Below are positions 20,875 through 31,928 of a DNA stretch of 64,000 nucleotides, piece by piece (position 1 is the first letter of the stretch; the number at the start of each line of letters is the position of its first letter). The position numbers and the translations under genes are program-made. The notes under the pieces are model-generated. The model was not told the DNA's origin. It saw nothing but the letters and a program-made list of their open reading frames with translations, and ran no database searches. Origin of the DNA: Oscillospiraceae bacterium (GTDB taxonomy: Bacteria; Bacillota; Clostridia; Oscillospirales; SIG627); NCBI GenBank assembly GCA_015064635.1, contig SVRV01000002.1:80140-144139 (forward strand). The letters run 5' to 3'.

Positions 20875-22841
20875 TATTTGTTTTCCTTCAGTTTGAATAT
20901 CTTATCTCTTAAAACTGCAGCATATTCGAAATCAAGCTCTTTCGATGCCGCCTGCATTTCACGTGTCAGCTTTTCTATGAGAAGCTTTCTTTCCTTCTGT
21001 GACATAACTGTACTTGTATTATTAAGCTCATCAAGTAAGTCGGCAGAACGGTCAACAACCTCAATATTGTCTGATATCTCTCGCTTTACAGTGTGAGGAA
21101 TGATTCCGTGCTCTTTGTTGTATGCGTCCTGAAGCGCTCGTCTTCTTGCAGTTTCATCTATTGCTTTTTTCATAGATTTTGTAACATTATCGGCATACAT
21201 AATTACATGCCCCTCTTCGTGACGGGCAGCTCGTCCGATTATCTGAATAAAGGAAGTCACTGAACGCAAAAATCCTTCTTTATCGGCGTCAAGTATGGCA
21301 ACAAGGGACACTTCCGGCAAATCGAGTCCCTCTCTGAGTAAGTTAATACCGACAAGCACGTCATATTTTCCCTGACGCAATTCTTTTATCAACTGTATTC
21401 TTTCAATCGTGTCAATATTATGATGCATGTATCTTGCTTTAATTCCCACAGATACCAGGAATGCAGTTAAATCCTCTGCCATTTTCTTTGTAAGAGTAAC
21501 AACAAGTGCCCTTTGCCCCTTCTGTGTTCTTGCATTGATTTCACCGATAAGGTCATCAATTTGTCCCTCAACGGGTCTTACATCAATAGTCGGGTCAAGA
21601 AGACCGGTAGGACGGATAATCTGCTCAGCAATCTGCGTACTGCGCTCAAGCTCATATTCGTCAGGGGTTGCACTTACATAAACTATTTGATTAAGCTTTG
21701 ACTTAAATTCTTCAAAATATAACGGTCTGTTATCGTATGCGCTGGGGAGCCTGAAGCCGTATTCAACAAGATTTTTCTTTCTTGCCGAATCGCCTCCGCT
21801 CATACCCTTTACCTGGGGTATGGTTACGTGAGATTCATCGACAAAAAGAAGGAAATCATCGGGGAAATAATCCAAAAGTGTATAAGGAGTTGCACCCGGT
21901 GCCTTACCTGCGAAAACTCTTGAATAGTTTTCGATACCGGAGCAGTACCCCACCTCTTCAATCATTTCCATGTCGTATTTTACACGTTCTTCAATTCTTT
22001 GTGCTTCAATCAGCATATTTCTGTCACGAAAATACTGTATTCTCTCAACCAACTCATTTTTAATATCTTGAATTGCTTTTTCTTTTTTGTCCTCAGAAGT
22101 AACGTAATGGGATGCGGGATACAGTGCAACGTGATTAAGTACTGCGGTAATCTCGCCTGTCACCACATTTATTTCGCTTATGCGCTCAATCTCATCTCCG
22201 AAAAACTCAACCCTTATAACAACGTCTGTTGCGCTTGACGGGTATATTTCTACAACATCACCTTTAATTCTGAATCGGTTTCGAGAAAAATCTATATCAT
22301 TTCTTTCAAAATTAATTGCAACAAGCTTTCTGACGAGCTCACGTCTTTCAATTTCCATTCCCGGTCTGAGTGAGATAACCAAATTTTCATATTCTGCAGG
22401 GTCACCAAGCGAGTAAATGCAAGACACACTCGAAACAATTATGACATCCTGCCTTTCAAATAGTGCCGATGTTGCGGAATGTCTCATTTTATCAATATCA
22501 TCATTGATAGCCGAGTCCTTTTCTATATACATATCCTTTCCCGGGATGTATGCTTCGGGCTGATAATAATCATAATAGGATACAAAGTATTCGACTGCAT
22601 TGTTGGGAAAGAAATTTTTAAACTCCGAGCAAAGCTGTGCCGCCAAGGTCTTATTGTGAGAAAGAATAAGTGTAGGCTTATTTACATTAGCTATAATATT
22701 AGCCATAGTGAAGGTTTTACCCGATCCCGTTACGCCTAAAAGAGTCTGCTCTTTATCACCGCGCAAAATGCCTTCTGTAATTTGTTTTATTGCTTCCGGC
22801 TGGTCGCCGGTAGGTTTGTACGGTGAAACAAGTTCAAACAT
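20874..22841 (-). CDS. uvrB: excinuclease ABC subunit B
   Basis: GVTGSGKT Walker A, DESH box, beta-hairpin region, and a C-terminal UVR domain. Confidence 0.95.
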   Translation of the reverse strand: MFELVSPYKPTGDQPEAIKQITEGILRGDKEQTLLGVTGSGKTFTMANIIANVNKPTLILSHNKTLAAQLCSEFKNFFPNNAVEYFVSYYDYYQPEAYIPGKDMYIEKDSAINDDIDKMRHSATSALFERQDVIIVSSVSCIYSLGDPAEYENLVISLRPGMEIERRELVRKLVAINFERNDIDFSRNRFRIKGDVVEIYPSSATDVVIRVEFFGDEIERISEINVVTGEITAVLNHVALYPASHYVTSEDKKEKAIQDIKNELVERIQYFRDRNMLIEAQRIEERVKYDMEMIEEVGYCSGIENYSRVFAGKAPGATPYTLLDYFPDDFLLFVDESHVTIPQVKGMSGGDSARKKNLVEYGFRLPSAYDNRPLYFEEFKSKLNQIVYVSATPDEYELERSTQIAEQIIRPTGLLDPTIDVRPVEGQIDDLIGEINARTQKGQRALVVTLTKKMAEDLTAFLVSVGIKARYMHHNIDTIERIQLIKELRQGKYDVLVGINLLREGLDLPEVSLVAILDADKEGFLRSVTSFIQIIGRAARHEEGHVIMYADNVTKSMKKAIDETARRRALQDAYNKEHGIIPHTVKREISDNIEVVDRSADLLDELNNTSTVMSQKERKLLIEKLTREMQAASKELDFEYAAVLRDKIFKLKENK

Positions 22842-22879
22842 TTTAGTGTATAACCTCCATTATTTCAAAATATCATAAA

Positions 22880-24313
22880 CTATTTTTGTGATATCACATT
22901 ACCTTCCGCATCATATTCAGTAACGGAAACCAGCTTTTCGTTTGAATCGTACAGAGAAACGATCTGCTTCACTGTTTCCCCTTTATCGTTATAAATAAAT
23001 TCGTCAATCTCTTTTTCCAAAAGCTCGTCACCATTTCCGTACACTGAATATGTAACAAGCTCCACTTGCTTCTTGTCGTTATACTTGTAATCCACTTCCA
23101 TACAGTAAAGATGCATATTATCTTTATCATATACGTCCGTAACTCTCTTGGAAAGACTTCCGTAAGTGTTATATGTATACTCGGAATAATTGGAAGAGCT
23201 AAGCTCACCTGAAGCTGAATAATAGAAAAGCTCGGCTTTTACAGCTCTTTTTTCATTATCATACTCAGTTTTGTTAACGGATTTCGATTCAACCAATCCG
23301 TTTGAATAGTTCTCGGTTGTAGTAATTACTACGTCTCCTGACAGCTCTGTCGAAACGTTTTTTTGTACGGTTCCGTCTTCGTTTCTGAATTCTTCAGACC
23401 TTTTAATCTGATTGCCATTTTTGTCATAAGAATAAACAATAACCTTAGTTGTTATGGGATTGCCGTCCTTATCGGGAGAAAGGTATAAAATTTCATCAAT
23501 GTTACCGTTATCTCCGTAGTAAATTTCATACTCCTCTTTATATACCATTCCGTCATATGTATTCTCGATAAAAGCATCAATACATCTATTGGTATCATCA
23601 TATGTCCATCGGGTTTGGCTGACTGCACCTTCTGCTTCCTGAACGGAGTAAGACGGATAACCGTACTCATTTAAATACAAGGTCACTCCCGGCATTTCAT
23701 TTGAATCTGTACCAACAATCTGAATATACACTTCACTGCCAGAATAAGTAAAAGTCATTTCACCAAATTCATCATAAAAAAAGCTTACAGGAATCCCCTT
23801 TTCATTGTACTTATTTATGTTAACCGTTTTTCCGTCCTGATAAAACTTTTCTTCGGACACAATACCGTTATCAAAATAAGAAAGCTCTGCTGTTATGTGC
23901 ATTGAAGTATCGTCGCAAAGCGCTCCGATTGCTCTACCGTTCTCATCTGTAAGAGTTACGTCAAATTCATTTCCAAAATAGCTAAAAGAAGTCAAATTGC
24001 CATTTTCGTCATAATTGTATCTTGAAATGTGATTATCATCATTAGAGAAAGGAGCAGTGAGTGTTATAGGGTCAAGTGTAACTACCTCTGTTATTCTGCC
24101 CGTATCATCCTGCTTTACACGTGCAATTCCGTTAAGGTCATACACAAAAATATATTCAGGATCAACAACTGTTACCTTGTTGGGTACAACAGGTGTCTCG
24201 TTCGGTTGTGAAGAAGGCTTATCCGTGCTTTCTGAAGTACAAGATAGCATCAAAAAGCAAAGTAAAACTGCCATTGAGAAAAATATAAGCGTTTTAATTT
24301 TTTTGAAATTCAT
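22880..24313 (-). CDS. lipoprotein with degenerate YD-like repeats
   Basis: Signal peptide plus lipobox (LLCFLMLSC|TSES). Repeated Y-[DN]-x-x-G-N/E motifs: YDENGNLTSF, YNEKGIPVSF, YDKNGNQIKR, YNDKGETVKQ, YDAEGNVISQ. Confidence 0.6.
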   Translation of the reverse strand: MNFKKIKTLIFFSMAVLLCFLMLSCTSESTDKPSSQPNETPVVPNKVTVVDPEYIFVYDLNGIARVKQDDTGRITEVVTLDPITLTAPFSNDDNHISRYNYDENGNLTSFSYFGNEFDVTLTDENGRAIGALCDDTSMHITAELSYFDNGIVSEEKFYQDGKTVNINKYNEKGIPVSFFYDEFGEMTFTYSGSEVYIQIVGTDSNEMPGVTLYLNEYGYPSYSVQEAEGAVSQTRWTYDDTNRCIDAFIENTYDGMVYKEEYEIYYGDNGNIDEILYLSPDKDGNPITTKVIVYSYDKNGNQIKRSEEFRNEDGTVQKNVSTELSGDVVITTTENYSNGLVESKSVNKTEYDNEKRAVKAELFYYSASGELSSSNYSEYTYNTYGSLSKRVTDVYDKDNMHLYCMEVDYKYNDKKQVELVTYSVYGNGDELLEKEIDEFIYNDKGETVKQIVSLYDSNEKLVSVTEYDAEGNVISQK

Positions 24314-24345
24314 AGCAATTATTCCTTTATATAATTTATCATTGT

Positions 24346-24374
24346 ATTATAACATATTATTATTAAATTTTAAA
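24346..24374 (-). promoter_or_regulatory. sigma-A type promoter upstream of the lipoprotein gene (probably also drives uvrB-uvrA)
   Basis: Minus strand: TTTAAA, 17 nt, TATAAT, with a TGt extended -10. Confidence 0.5.
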
Positions 24375-24383
24375 GGCTTTTAA

Positions 24384-24416
24384 CAAAAAAACTCCCGCAA
24401 TTTTTAAATTGCGGGA
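24384..24416 (-). terminator. intrinsic terminator of the pyr operon
   Basis: TCCCGCAATT / AATTGCGGGA 10-bp stem, followed on the minus strand by TTTTTTG. Confidence 0.7.
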
Positions 24417-24421
24417 ATTGA

Positions 24422-24838
24422 TTATTCTGCTTTTCCTTCGCAGTAAATGCAACGGTAAACCTTCTTCTCTCGGTCAGTGAGCTTAAACACATTGTCAAGC
24501 TCTTGTTCCGTTGCAGTAATGCACCTTGGATTCTTGCAGGTTATAATATTTACAAGCTTTTCGGGAAGACCTATTTTCTTCTTCTCAACCAAAATACAGT
24601 CCTTTATTATATCAACAGTGACACCGGAATCAACATATCCAAGAATATCCATATTGATATCAATATCACAGTCAATCTTGATAATGTCCTTCTTCCCCAT
24701 CTTGGAGCTTTGAACATTCCTTACAAGAGCAACCGAACAATCAAGTCGGTCGAGTTTCAGAAGCTGATAAATCTTCATACCGTTACCGGCTTTTATATGG
24801 TCAATAACTATTCCGTTTTTTATAGAGTCGATATTCAT
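24422..24838 (-). CDS. pyrI: aspartate carbamoyltransferase regulatory subunit
   Basis: Zn domain CKNPRC...YRCIYC. Directly follows pyrB. Confidence 0.85.
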   Translation of the reverse strand: MNIDSIKNGIVIDHIKAGNGMKIYQLLKLDRLDCSVALVRNVQSSKMGKKDIIKIDCDIDINMDILGYVDSGVTVDIIKDCILVEKKKIGLPEKLVNIITCKNPRCITATEQELDNVFKLTDREKKVYRCIYCEGKAE

Positions 24839-25752
24839 TATATTTCCTCCAGCAACATCAAAATTAAAGCCATTCTCATATACTTGCCGTAAAGAGCTTG
24901 TTTAAAATAACAAGCCCTGCTGTCATTGTCAACCGCTACGCTGATTTCATTAACTCTGGGTAACGGATGCATAATGCAAAGGTCATGCTTTGCATTGACA
25001 AGCTTGTCGGGAGTAAGAATGTAGCTGTCCTTGAGACGGAGATAATCGTCCTCGTTAAAGAAACGCTCACGTTGAACTCTTGTCATATAAAGAATATCAA
25101 GCTCTGGAAGAACAGCTTCAAGGTCTGTTGTCTCAACAAAGCCAAGACCGTTCTTTTCTATAACGTCTTTTTTTACATACCCTGGTATTTTCAATTCTTC
25201 GGGAGAAATCAGTACAAATTTAATATTGGTATATCTCGAAAGAGCATTAATTAAAGAGTGTACCGTCCTGCCAAACTTCAAGTCACCGCAAAGTCCCACT
25301 GTAAGATTATCAAAACGGCCTTTTTCACGCTTTATTGTTAAAAGGTCTGCCAGAGTCTGTGTGGGATGATTGTGACCGCCGTCACCTGCATTTATAACGG
25401 GAATCGTTGCGTTCATAGAAGCAACGAGAGGCGCTCCTTCCTTGGGATGGCGCATAGCCATAATATCTGCGTAGCAGGATATCATTTTAGCTGTGTCCGC
25501 CACACTTTCTCCCTTTTTGGCTGAACTTGAGCCTGCATCAGCCATAGAAAGCACGTTACCTCCAAGCTCGTACATGGCAGCCTCAAAGCTGAGTCTTGTT
25601 CTTGTTGAAGGCTCAAAGAACAAAGTTGCAAGCTTCTTTCCGTGACACTTCTCGGAATACTTCTTGGGATTTTCTATAATGTCATTTGCAACAGAAATAA
25701 GCTTGTCTATATCCTCAACCGAAAGGTCAAAAATATCTATTACGCTTTTCAT
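24838..25752 (-). CDS. pyrB: aspartate carbamoyltransferase catalytic subunit
   Basis: [20 protein letters not shown] and HPLPR motifs. Confidence 0.95.
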   Translation of the reverse strand: MKSVIDIFDLSVEDIDKLISVANDIIENPKKYSEKCHGKKLATLFFEPSTRTRLSFEAAMYELGGNVLSMADAGSSSAKKGESVADTAKMISCYADIMAMRHPKEGAPLVASMNATIPVINAGDGGHNHPTQTLADLLTIKREKGRFDNLTVGLCGDLKFGRTVHSLINALSRYTNIKFVLISPEELKIPGYVKKDVIEKNGLGFVETTDLEAVLPELDILYMTRVQRERFFNEDDYLRLKDSYILTPDKLVNAKHDLCIMHPLPRVNEISVAVDNDSRACYFKQALYGKYMRMALILMLLEEI

Positions 25753-26387
25753 TATTTCGCACCGATCCAGCTTTCATCGGACGGATTATTTCTGAATGCA
25801 ATAAGACGCTTAATATCTTCGGGCTTGATATAGCCTTCCTCTGCTGCTACTTCAGCAATTGTATCAAAGTTTGTAAGGCTGATATTCTTAACATTCGCTT
25901 CTGCAAGTCTGTCAAGTCCCTTCTTCATTCCGTAGGTGAAGATAGACACGATACCAAGCACGTTAGCACCTGCTTCACGAAGAACATTTACAACTTCGAT
26001 AACGCTTCCTCCGGTAGAAATAAGGTCCTCAACAACTACTACCTTCTGTCCCTTTTCAAGCTTACCTTCTATCTGATTCTGTCTGCCATGGTCCTTTGCG
26101 CCGCTGCGAACATAACCCATGGGCATGTCAAGAATATGAGCAGTAATAGCTGCGTGAGCAATACCTGCTGTTGAAGTACCCATCAGCACTTCTGCATCGG
26201 GATAATTCTCCTTTATAAGCTTTGCAAGACCGTTCTCTACATCAAGACGCACCTCGGGTGCAGTAAGTGTCAAACGGTTGTCGCAATATACAGGGCTCTT
26301 GATACCGCTTGCCCATGTAAAGGGCTCTTCGGGGCGGAAGAATACCGCCTTAATTTTAAGTAAATCTTTTGCTATAAGCTTTTCCAT
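25752..26387 (-). CDS. pyrE: orotate phosphoribosyltransferase
   Basis: PRPP loop [13 protein letters not shown]. Confidence 0.9.
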   Translation of the reverse strand: MEKLIAKDLLKIKAVFFRPEEPFTWASGIKSPVYCDNRLTLTAPEVRLDVENGLAKLIKENYPDAEVLMGTSTAGIAHAAITAHILDMPMGYVRSGAKDHGRQNQIEGKLEKGQKVVVVEDLISTGGSVIEVVNVLREAGANVLGIVSIFTYGMKKGLDRLAEANVKNISLTNFDTIAEVAAEEGYIKPEDIKRLIAFRNNPSDESWIGAK

Positions 26388-26399
26388 ATCAATTCTCCT

Positions 26400-27098
26400 T
26401 TAATCTACAAATTCATTTACACAACGCTTGTATGCGGCTACGGGATCATCCGCTGCCGTAATAGGTCTGCCAACAACTATGTAATCGGAGCCGATTCTTT
26501 TTGCCTCTGCAGGAGTCATAACTCTTACCTGGTCGCCCTTGTCTCCGTCTGCAAATCTTACACCGGGAGTAACTGTTACAAAGTCTTTTCCGCATCTGTC
26601 ATGAACACGCTCTGCTTCAAGAGGTGAGCATACAACACCGTCAAGACCTGCTACTTTTGCATTGTGTGCATAGTGCATTACGGTGTTTTCCATAGTTTCG
26701 TTGATAAGAAGGTCATTCTTAAGACGCTCTTCACTTGTGGAAGTAAGCTGTGTAACAGCGATAAGTATGGGGCGTGTGCCGTCGGGTCTTGTAAGACCTT
26801 CAATAGCTGCCTCCATCATGGCAATAGTACCTGATGCGTGTAAATTAGTCATATCAACATCAAGTCTTGACAATACAGCCATAGATTTTTTTACTGTGTT
26901 AGGGATATCATGAAGCTTCAAATCAAGGAATATCTTGTGGCCTCTGGCTTTGATATCTCTGACGATTTGCGGTCCTTCCGCATAAAAAAGTTCCATTCCA
27001 ATCTTTACAAAAGGCTTTACATCAGTGAACTTATCAAGAAAAGACATTACTTCATCTTTCCCCGAAAAATCACATGCAATAATAACATCGCGTCCCAT
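26400..27098 (-). CDS. pyrF: orotidine 5'-phosphate decarboxylase
   Basis: DLKLHDIPNTV signature. Confidence 0.9.
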   Translation of the reverse strand: MGRDVIIACDFSGKDEVMSFLDKFTDVKPFVKIGMELFYAEGPQIVRDIKARGHKIFLDLKLHDIPNTVKKSMAVLSRLDVDMTNLHASGTIAMMEAAIEGLTRPDGTRPILIAVTQLTSTSEERLKNDLLINETMENTVMHYAHNAKVAGLDGVVCSPLEAERVHDRCGKDFVTVTPGVRFADGDKGDQVRVMTPAEAKRIGSDYIVVGRPITAADDPVAAYKRCVNEFVD

Positions 27099-28009
27099 TA
27101 GTGTGCTCCTCCTATTATATCCTTTAAGTCATTTATTCTGTATTTTTCCATAACAGCAGGTAATGAATCTATTATGTTTTTGCAAGCAAAAGGCTCGATA
27201 AGATTTGCGGCACCTACTTCAACAGCAGTTGCTCCTGCAAGCATCATTTCAATAACATCCTCTGCACTTGAAATTCCGCCCATACCGATAATTGGTATTT
27301 TAACAGCTTCATACACCTGGTAAACCATTCTGAGAGCAACGGGCTTTATAGCACTGCCCGAAAAACCGCCCATTTTATTTGCTATTATCGGCTTTTTGGT
27401 TTTTAAATCAATTCTCATACCCAAAAGTGTATTGATAAGGCTGATTCCATCCGCATCGTTTTCCTCACACGCCTTGGCAATCGAAACAATATCTGTAACA
27501 TTGGGCGAAAGCTTTATAAATACAGGCTTGGTTGTAACCGCCTTTACGGCACGTGTTACCTCACCTGCCGCTTCCGGTGAAGTACCGAAGCTCATTCCGC
27601 CGCCGTGAACATTGGGACAGCTAATATTTACTTCAAACCAACCTATCTGCTCTTCTTTATCAAGTTTTGCGCAGGTTTCGGAATATTCTTCAACGGAAAA
27701 TCCGCTGACATTTGCCATTACAGGCTTTGAAAAACATTTTTTAAGTTTGGGAAGCTCTTCGGAAATTACAGCATCAACTCCCGGATTCTGAAGTCCAACT
27801 GCATTTATCATACCTGCTTCACATTCTGCAATTCTTGGAGTCGGATTTCCAAAGCGTGCTTCTCTTGTTGTACCCTTAAAAGAAAATGTTCCAAGACAAT
27901 TTATGTCGTAGAGTTCTGCGAACTCATAGCCGAATCCGAAAGTTCCGCTGGCAGGGATAATAGGGTTATCAAGAGTTATGCCACAAAGTTCAACCTTTGT
28001 ATTTACCAT
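27098..28009 (-). CDS. pyrD: dihydroorotate dehydrogenase 1B, catalytic subunit
   Basis: NISCPNV active-site Cys, and a GGISSAEDV FMN-binding end. Confidence 0.9.
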   Translation of the reverse strand: MVNTKVELCGITLDNPIIPASGTFGFGYEFAELYDINCLGTFSFKGTTREARFGNPTPRIAECEAGMINAVGLQNPGVDAVISEELPKLKKCFSKPVMANVSGFSVEEYSETCAKLDKEEQIGWFEVNISCPNVHGGGMSFGTSPEAAGEVTRAVKAVTTKPVFIKLSPNVTDIVSIAKACEENDADGISLINTLLGMRIDLKTKKPIIANKMGGFSGSAIKPVALRMVYQVYEAVKIPIIGMGGISSAEDVIEMMLAGATAVEVGAANLIEPFACKNIIDSLPAVMEKYRINDLKDIIGGAH

Positions 28010-28734
28010 ATTATCTCCTCCCTTTCAAGCACCGGTCCGTCCTTACATATACGTTTATTGCCGTATTTTGTTTTACAAGAGCATCCCATGCAAGCACCGA
28101 ATCCGCATCCCATACGCTCCTCAAAGCTGTACTGTCCGCTTGTATTTACTATTTTCTCCACTGCACGGAACATAACTTCCGGACCGCAGGTGAAAAAGTA
28201 ATCATAATTTACTTCGCCCATAGCATCGGTAACAAAGCCTTTGATTCCAAAGCTTCCGTCGGCTGTTGTAACATACACCTTAGCACCGAGTGCTTCAAAT
28301 TCATCCTTGTAAAAAACGTCATCGGCAGAATTAAAGCCAAGAATCACGCTTACATTTTTACCGTCGCAAATCAAATCCTTGCAAAGACGGTATAAAGGAG
28401 GAACACCTACACCACCGCCTATAAGCAAAGGTGTGTTTCCGCTTTTTGAAATATTATAACCGTTACCAAGTCCCACAAGCACATCAAGCTTGTCCCCTGC
28501 TTTCATTTCGGACATCTGTTCTGTGCCTCCGCCGACAACCTTGTATATAAGTGTTATGCTGTTACTGTCATAATCGCAAATAGAAATGGGACGTCTCAAA
28601 AACTTTCCTTCAAGTTTTATATTAACAAACTGCCCGGGTGCGGTAATGGCGGAGGTGTCTCCGCCAATTATCATTTTATAAATATCTCTTGCTATTTTGT
28701 CATTTGACAAAATTGTATATATTCCCTGTGTCAC
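28003..28734 (-). CDS. pyrK: dihydroorotate dehydrogenase electron-transfer subunit
   Basis: FAD/NAD fold plus the C-terminal 2Fe-2S motif CGFGACMGCSC...C. Confidence 0.9.
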   Translation of the reverse strand: MTQGIYTILSNDKIARDIYKMIIGGDTSAITAPGQFVNIKLEGKFLRRPISICDYDSNSITLIYKVVGGGTEQMSEMKAGDKLDVLVGLGNGYNISKSGNTPLLIGGGVGVPPLYRLCKDLICDGKNVSVILGFNSADDVFYKDEFEALGAKVYVTTADGSFGIKGFVTDAMGEVNYDYFFTCGPEVMFRAVEKIVNTSGQYSFEERMGCGFGACMGCSCKTKYGNKRICKDGPVLEREEIIW

Positions 28735-28751
28735 TATTTTGTAACCTCACT

Positions 28752-31700
28752 TCAAGAATTTATGGTTGAAATACCAAGAGTCGTCTCCTCAAGTACGTCA
28801 AGCAAAACCTTTACTGTGTCAAGTGCTGTGAAAATTGTAACGTTATTCTGTACGGCACACTGTCTTATCTGGTGACCGTCTGACATGCTTCCCGTATTGA
28901 TATCACGGGTATTTATAACATAATTTACATATCCCTGTCTTATAGAGTTCAAGATATCCTCGGCACCGTCGCTTATTTTCTGTCTTACTCTTGTTCTGAT
29001 ACCGTGCTCCTTAAGGAACTTTGCTGTACCTTCGGTTGCTTCGATATTGAATCCAAGGTTGTAGAATCTTCTTATGAGCTCAAGTGCCTCTTCCTTGTCT
29101 CTGTCTGCAATTGTTGCAAATACGGTACCATAGTTTACAACGTTCATTCCGCTCGCCTGAAGAGCCTTGTAAAGCGCTCTGTTGAGCTTGTTGTCATATC
29201 CGATAGCTTCACCAGTCGATTTCATTTCAGGTGAAAGATATGCATCAAGTCCGCTGAGCTTCGAGAATGAGAATGCAGGAGCCTTTACATACCAACGTTC
29301 CTTTTCCTTGGGATAAATCTCGGTGATTCCCTGCTCTTTAAGTGTCTTACCGAGAATTACTAAAGTACCGATATCAGCAAGGCTGTAGCCTGTTGACTTT
29401 GAAAGGAACGGTACAGTTCTGGATGAACGGGGATTTACCTCTATGATATAAACATCATCGTGCTCATCTACAATAAACTGAATGTTGAAGAGTCCTACAA
29501 TGCCTATGCCGAGACCGAGCTTCTTGGTGTATTCAAGAATGGTTTCCTTAACCTTATCACTCAAGGTGAAGGATGGATAAACACTGATTGAGTCACCGGA
29601 GTGAATACCGGTTCTTTCTACCAGCTCCATTATACCGGGAACAAATACGTCTGTTCCGTCACAAACAGCATCTACTTCGACTTCCTTACCCTGAATATAC
29701 TTATCAACAAGTACAGGCTTGTCTTCATCAACCTCAACGGCTGTCTTAAGATAGTGTCTGAGCATATCCTCGTTTGATACTATCTGCATTGCACGACCGC
29801 CGAGAACGAATGAGGGTCTAACAAGAACGGGATAACCTATCTCACCTGCTACCTTAACACCATCTTCAATGTTTGTAACGGCGGCACCTCTGGGCTGAGG
29901 AATATTAAGTGACTGGAGTACCTTTTCGAATGCATCTCTGTTTTCTGCCTTTTCGATAGCATCGCAATCAGTACCGATAATCTTAACACCACGTTTTGTA
30001 AGAGGCTCTGCAAGATTTATGGCAGTCTGACCGCCGAGAGAAGCAATAACTCCAATTGGGTTTTCAAGCTCAATTATATTCATTACGTCCTCTGTGCAAA
30101 GAGGCTCAAAATACAATTTGTCTGAAGTTGTATAATCTGTTGAAACTGTTTCGGGATTGTTATTAATTATTATAGCTTCAAATCCCGAGCGCTTTATTGT
30201 TGTAACCGCATGAACTGTTGAATAGTCAAACTCAACACCCTGACCGATACGGATGGGACCTGAACCAAGTACTATAACCTTCTTCTTATCAGAAACAATA
30301 GACTCATTCTCTTCTTCGTAGGTTGAATAGAAATAAGGAATATAGCCTTCAAATTCCGAAGCACAGGTGTCAATCATCTTATACACAGGGAACATCTTTG
30401 CATCTTTTCTCATGTTCCATACGTATATTTCATCAACGCCCCAAAGCTTTGAAATAAAGTTATCGGAGAATCCCATTCTCTTTGCCTGATAAAGAACATC
30501 CATGTCAAACTTTGCATTCTTTACAACTGTTTCCATATCAACAATGTTCTTTAATTTTTCAAGGAACAGCATTTCTATCTTAGTAGCATCACAAATGAGA
30601 CCAAGGTCAACACCGTTTCTTATGAGTTGAGCAATAGCAAAGTAACGATCGTCTGTCGCATCCTTTACATAAGCTAACATTTCATCGTTTGTATATGAAT
30701 CGAATTTTTTCATATAAAAATGCGAAACGCCGATTTCAATAGAACGAACAGCCTTCAGTAAGCTTTCCTCTATTGTTCTTCCGATGCTCATTACCTCACC
30801 GGTAGCCTTCATTTGTGTGGAAAGCTTATTGTTTGCATCGGTAAATTTATCAAACGGGAAACGGGGCATCTTTGTTATTACATAGTCAAGAGTGGGCTCA
30901 TATGCAGCGGGAGTATTTGCAATCTTAATTTCGTCAAGTGTCATTCCGACAGCAATTTTAGCGGTTACTCTTGCTATGGGATATCCGCTTGCTTTTGAAG
31001 CAAGAGCAGAAGATCTGGAAACTCTGGGGTTTACCTCAATGAGGTAGTATTCCATTGAATGGGGGTCGAGTGCGAACTGAACGTTACAACCGCCTTCAAT
31101 CTTAAGCTCTCTGATAATTTTAAGCGCACTGTTACGAAGCATTGCGCATTCCTGACTGGTGAGTGTCTGTGTAGGACAAACAACCACGGAGTCGCCTGTA
31201 TGAACACCAACGGGGTCAACGTTTTCCATGTTACAAATAGCAATAGCGGTGTTATTTGCGTCACGCATAACCTCGTATTCAATTTCCTTGTATCCCTTAA
31301 TGCTCTTTTCAACCAAAACCTGATGAACAGGAGAAAGTTTAAGAGCATTTTTAAGAATATCCGCACACTCTTCGGGATCGTCCGCAAATCCGCCTCCCGT
31401 ACCGCCAAGAGTAAAAGCAGGGCGAAGAACAACGGGATATCCTATCTTCTCTGCAACACGCAATCCGTCTTCTATTGTATTAACAGTATCAGAAGGAAGA
31501 ACAGGCTCGCCAAGCTTTTCACAAAACTCTTTAAACAGCTCTCTGTCCTCGGCTGTTTCGATACTTTCAACTCTTGTACCTAAAAGCTCAACCTGACACT
31601 CCTTAAGAATGCCTTTTCTGTGAAGCTGTGTTGCAAGATTAAGACCTGTCTGACCACCGATACCGGGTATAATTGCGTCAGGACGCTCGTATCTGAGTAT

Positions 31701-31928
31701 TTTGGCAACATACTCAAGAGTAAGAGGCTCCATGTAAATTTTATCTGCAATTGTTGTGTCTGTCATGATGGTAGCAGGATTGGAGTTACAAAGAACAACT
31801 TCATATCCCTCTTCCTTGAGAGCAAGACAAGCCTGTGTGCCTGCATAGTCAAATTCTGCTGCCTGACCTATAACGATAGGTCCCGAACCAATAACCAATA
31901 TCTTCTTTATATCACTTCTCTTAGGCAT
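28752..31928 (-). CDS. carB: carbamoyl-phosphate synthase large subunit
   Basis: 1058 aa. Two ATP-grasp halves with duplicated GSGP(I)xIGQ...EFDY motifs, and an MGS-like C-terminus. Confidence 0.95.
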   Translation of the reverse strand: MPKRSDIKKILVIGSGPIVIGQAAEFDYAGTQACLALKEEGYEVVLCNSNPATIMTDTTIADKIYMEPLTLEYVAKILRYERPDAIIPGIGGQTGLNLATQLHRKGILKECQVELLGTRVESIETAEDRELFKEFCEKLGEPVLPSDTVNTIEDGLRVAEKIGYPVVLRPAFTLGGTGGGFADDPEECADILKNALKLSPVHQVLVEKSIKGYKEIEYEVMRDANNTAIAICNMENVDPVGVHTGDSVVVCPTQTLTSQECAMLRNSALKIIRELKIEGGCNVQFALDPHSMEYYLIEVNPRVSRSSALASKASGYPIARVTAKIAVGMTLDEIKIANTPAAYEPTLDYVITKMPRFPFDKFTDANNKLSTQMKATGEVMSIGRTIEESLLKAVRSIEIGVSHFYMKKFDSYTNDEMLAYVKDATDDRYFAIAQLIRNGVDLGLICDATKIEMLFLEKLKNIVDMETVVKNAKFDMDVLYQAKRMGFSDNFISKLWGVDEIYVWNMRKDAKMFPVYKMIDTCASEFEGYIPYFYSTYEEENESIVSDKKKVIVLGSGPIRIGQGVEFDYSTVHAVTTIKRSGFEAIIINNNPETVSTDYTTSDKLYFEPLCTEDVMNIIELENPIGVIASLGGQTAINLAEPLTKRGVKIIGTDCDAIEKAENRDAFEKVLQSLNIPQPRGAAVTNIEDGVKVAGEIGYPVLVRPSFVLGGRAMQIVSNEDMLRHYLKTAVEVDEDKPVLVDKYIQGKEVEVDAVCDGTDVFVPGIMELVERTGIHSGDSISVYPSFTLSDKVKETILEYTKKLGLGIGIVGLFNIQFIVDEHDDVYIIEVNPRSSRTVPFLSKSTGYSLADIGTLVILGKTLKEQGITEIYPKEKERWYVKAPAFSFSKLSGLDAYLSPEMKSTGEAIGYDNKLNRALYKALQASGMNVVNYGTVFATIADRDKEEALELIRRFYNLGFNIEATEGTAKFLKEHGIRTRVRQKISDGAEDILNSIRQGYVNYVINTRDINTGSMSDGHQIRQCAVQNNVTIFTALDTVKVLLDVLEETTLGISTINS

